From contig OZ242174.1 in assembly GCA_965205685.1 (NCBI GenBank), positions 77,406 through 141,405 of the forward strand: a DNA stretch of 64,000 nucleotides. The letters are read 5' to 3'. The notes beneath the pieces were generated by a model. That model made no database searches. It was not told the origin of the DNA and was given only the letters and a program-made list of their open reading frames with translations. Positions 63,059 through 64,000 of the stretch are shown piece by piece; within the stretch, counting starts at the first letter, position 1; each line of letters starts with the position of its first letter. Position numbers and translations under genes: made by a program. The DNA is from Gammaproteobacteria bacterium (GTDB lineage Bacteria > Pseudomonadota > Gammaproteobacteria > UBA4575).

Positions 63059-63610
63059 TCAACTGCGAAGCAAGGCGGCCTCCACCTCGTCGCGTTTTTC
63101 GGAACCGGCCAGACAGGCAATAATTTCCAGGGCAAAGTCCATTGCAGTTCCAGGTCCGCGTGAGGTCAGGATGTTGCCGTCCTGCTGCACAGCCGCATCC
63201 GTAATCTGGGTGCTGGCCAGCGAAAGCGGGTCCAGTACCCCGGGGTAGGCAGTAGCCTTTTTGTGGTCCAGCAGACCACCGCTTGCCAGCACCTTCGGTG
63301 CAGCGCAGATCGCGCCAATGGGACGGTCGTTCTCTGCGGTGCGCTGCAGGATTTTGTGAATACGGTCGTCGGCATCCAGATGGTCAGCGCCCGGCAATCC
63401 ACCGGGCAAGACAACCATGTCAAAATCCTGCTCCAGAACCTCGTCCACCGAGGTATCGGCAACCACCCGTGTACCACGCGATGCAGTAACAGTCTGTCCA
63501 TCCAGACTGGCCGTCACCACCTCGATTTCTGCGCGTCGCAGCAAATCAATGATGGTTACCGCTTCCAGTTCTTCAAACCCTTCGGCAAGTGGAATCAGTA
63601 CCGTTGCCAT
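63059..63610 (-). CDS. DJ-1/PfpI-family protein (YajL/ThiJ-like)
   Basis: MATVLIPLAEGFEELEAVTIIDLLRRAEIEV... with a nucleophile-elbow Cys (…AICAAP…). Confidence 0.7.
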   Translation of the reverse strand: MATVLIPLAEGFEELEAVTIIDLLRRAEIEVVTASLDGQTVTASRGTRVVADTSVDEVLEQDFDMVVLPGGLPGADHLDADDRIHKILQRTAENDRPIGAICAAPKVLASGGLLDHKKATAYPGVLDPLSLASTQITDAAVQQDGNILTSRGPGTAMDFALEIIACLAGSEKRDEVEAALLRS

Positions 63611-63642
63611 ATGCATACCCTTTTAACTGATCTTGACGATAT

Positions 63643-64000
63643 TTATTGTATATCCTGTTCGTCGACTTTTGAAAGCTGATCGCCAGGAGTCAGGCCGGCT
63701 GCCTGACCGGCAGCAGGTTGCTGGGCCATGGCCTTCAAGTGCTTGAGCGCTTCATCCAGTTCATAGTCGGTGGAATCGTCTTCGCCGCGCTCGGGGAGAA
63801 TCACAACCGAGGCGGGATCGTGAGACGGCACCGGAGCCTCGCCCGTATCATCCTGCAAGAGTTCCCTGGCTGTGTCAGCCATCCCATGATCATCGGTCTC
63901 CTTGTCATCTGAATCCTCCGCAGACTTCAACAGGATATCCGGCACGATTCCCGCGTCTTGGATCGAGCGGCCTGAAGGCGTGTAGTAGCGCGCCGTAGTC
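63643..64000 (-). CDS. C-terminal processing peptidase (S41 family), 3' portion only, with an unusual ~100-aa acidic C-terminal tail; the 5' end lies beyond the window
   Basis: The frame stays open to the window edge, and upstream of the annotated GTG it reads ...ARYYTPSGRSIQDAGIVPDILLK..., the conserved S41 Ctp/Prc C-terminal motif. It then continues as a D/E-rich tail. Confidence 0.5.
   Translation of the reverse strand, partial: TTARYYTPSGRSIQDAGIVPDILLKSAEDSDDKETDDHGMADTARELLQDDTGEAPVPSHDPASVVILPERGEDDSTDYELDEALKHLKAMAQQPAAGQAAGLTPGDQLSKVDEQDIQ

Overview
This 64 kb window is mostly conserved core chromosome of a gammaproteobacterium, with gene order resembling Pseudomonas / Oceanospirillales-type genomes. 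Gene order (strand in brackets):
- uvrD (partial, runs off the 5' edge), ubiB, ubiJ, ubiE, a DUF971 gene, hslU, hslV, xerC, dapF, a methyltransferase, lysA, a small LptM/LppL-like lipoprotein (all -)
- an esterase (+)
- argH (-)
- hemC, hemD, hemX, hemY (+)
- a 10-gene Mrp/Mbh-type cation:proton antiporter-like cluster (+)
- a SnoaL-like gene (-); a Rieske gene and a small membrane protein (+)
- recG, ridA, spoT, rpoZ, gmk, a small lipoprotein, phoU, pstB, pstA, pstC, pstS, phoR, phoB (all -)
- dgkA, ppk (+); ppx (-); pntA, pntB (+)
- a signal-peptide adaptor protein, a TolC-like outer membrane channel, a periplasmic thioredoxin-like protein, tRNA-Pro(CGG), ispB (all -)
- rplU, rpmA, obg, proB (+)
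- rpsT (-)
- murJ, ribF, ileS, lspA (+)
- a DJ-1/PfpI gene and a partial S41 C-terminal processing protease (-).

No CRISPR array, transposase or integrase was seen. The most unusual elements are:
1. The Mbh-ordered Mrp-like membrane module with three NuoL/M/N-type antiporter subunits plus an embedded 84-aa membrane protein and no soluble partner.
2. An orphan three-gene operon (periplasmic thioredoxin-like protein, TolC-like channel, signal-peptide adaptor) lying on the 3' side of tRNA-Pro with no inner-membrane transporter.
3. An apparent 1-nt frameshift in proB.
4. An RpoZ with a roughly 75-residue acidic C-terminal extension.

All calls are from reading the sequence and the ORF track by eye. 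No database search was run.
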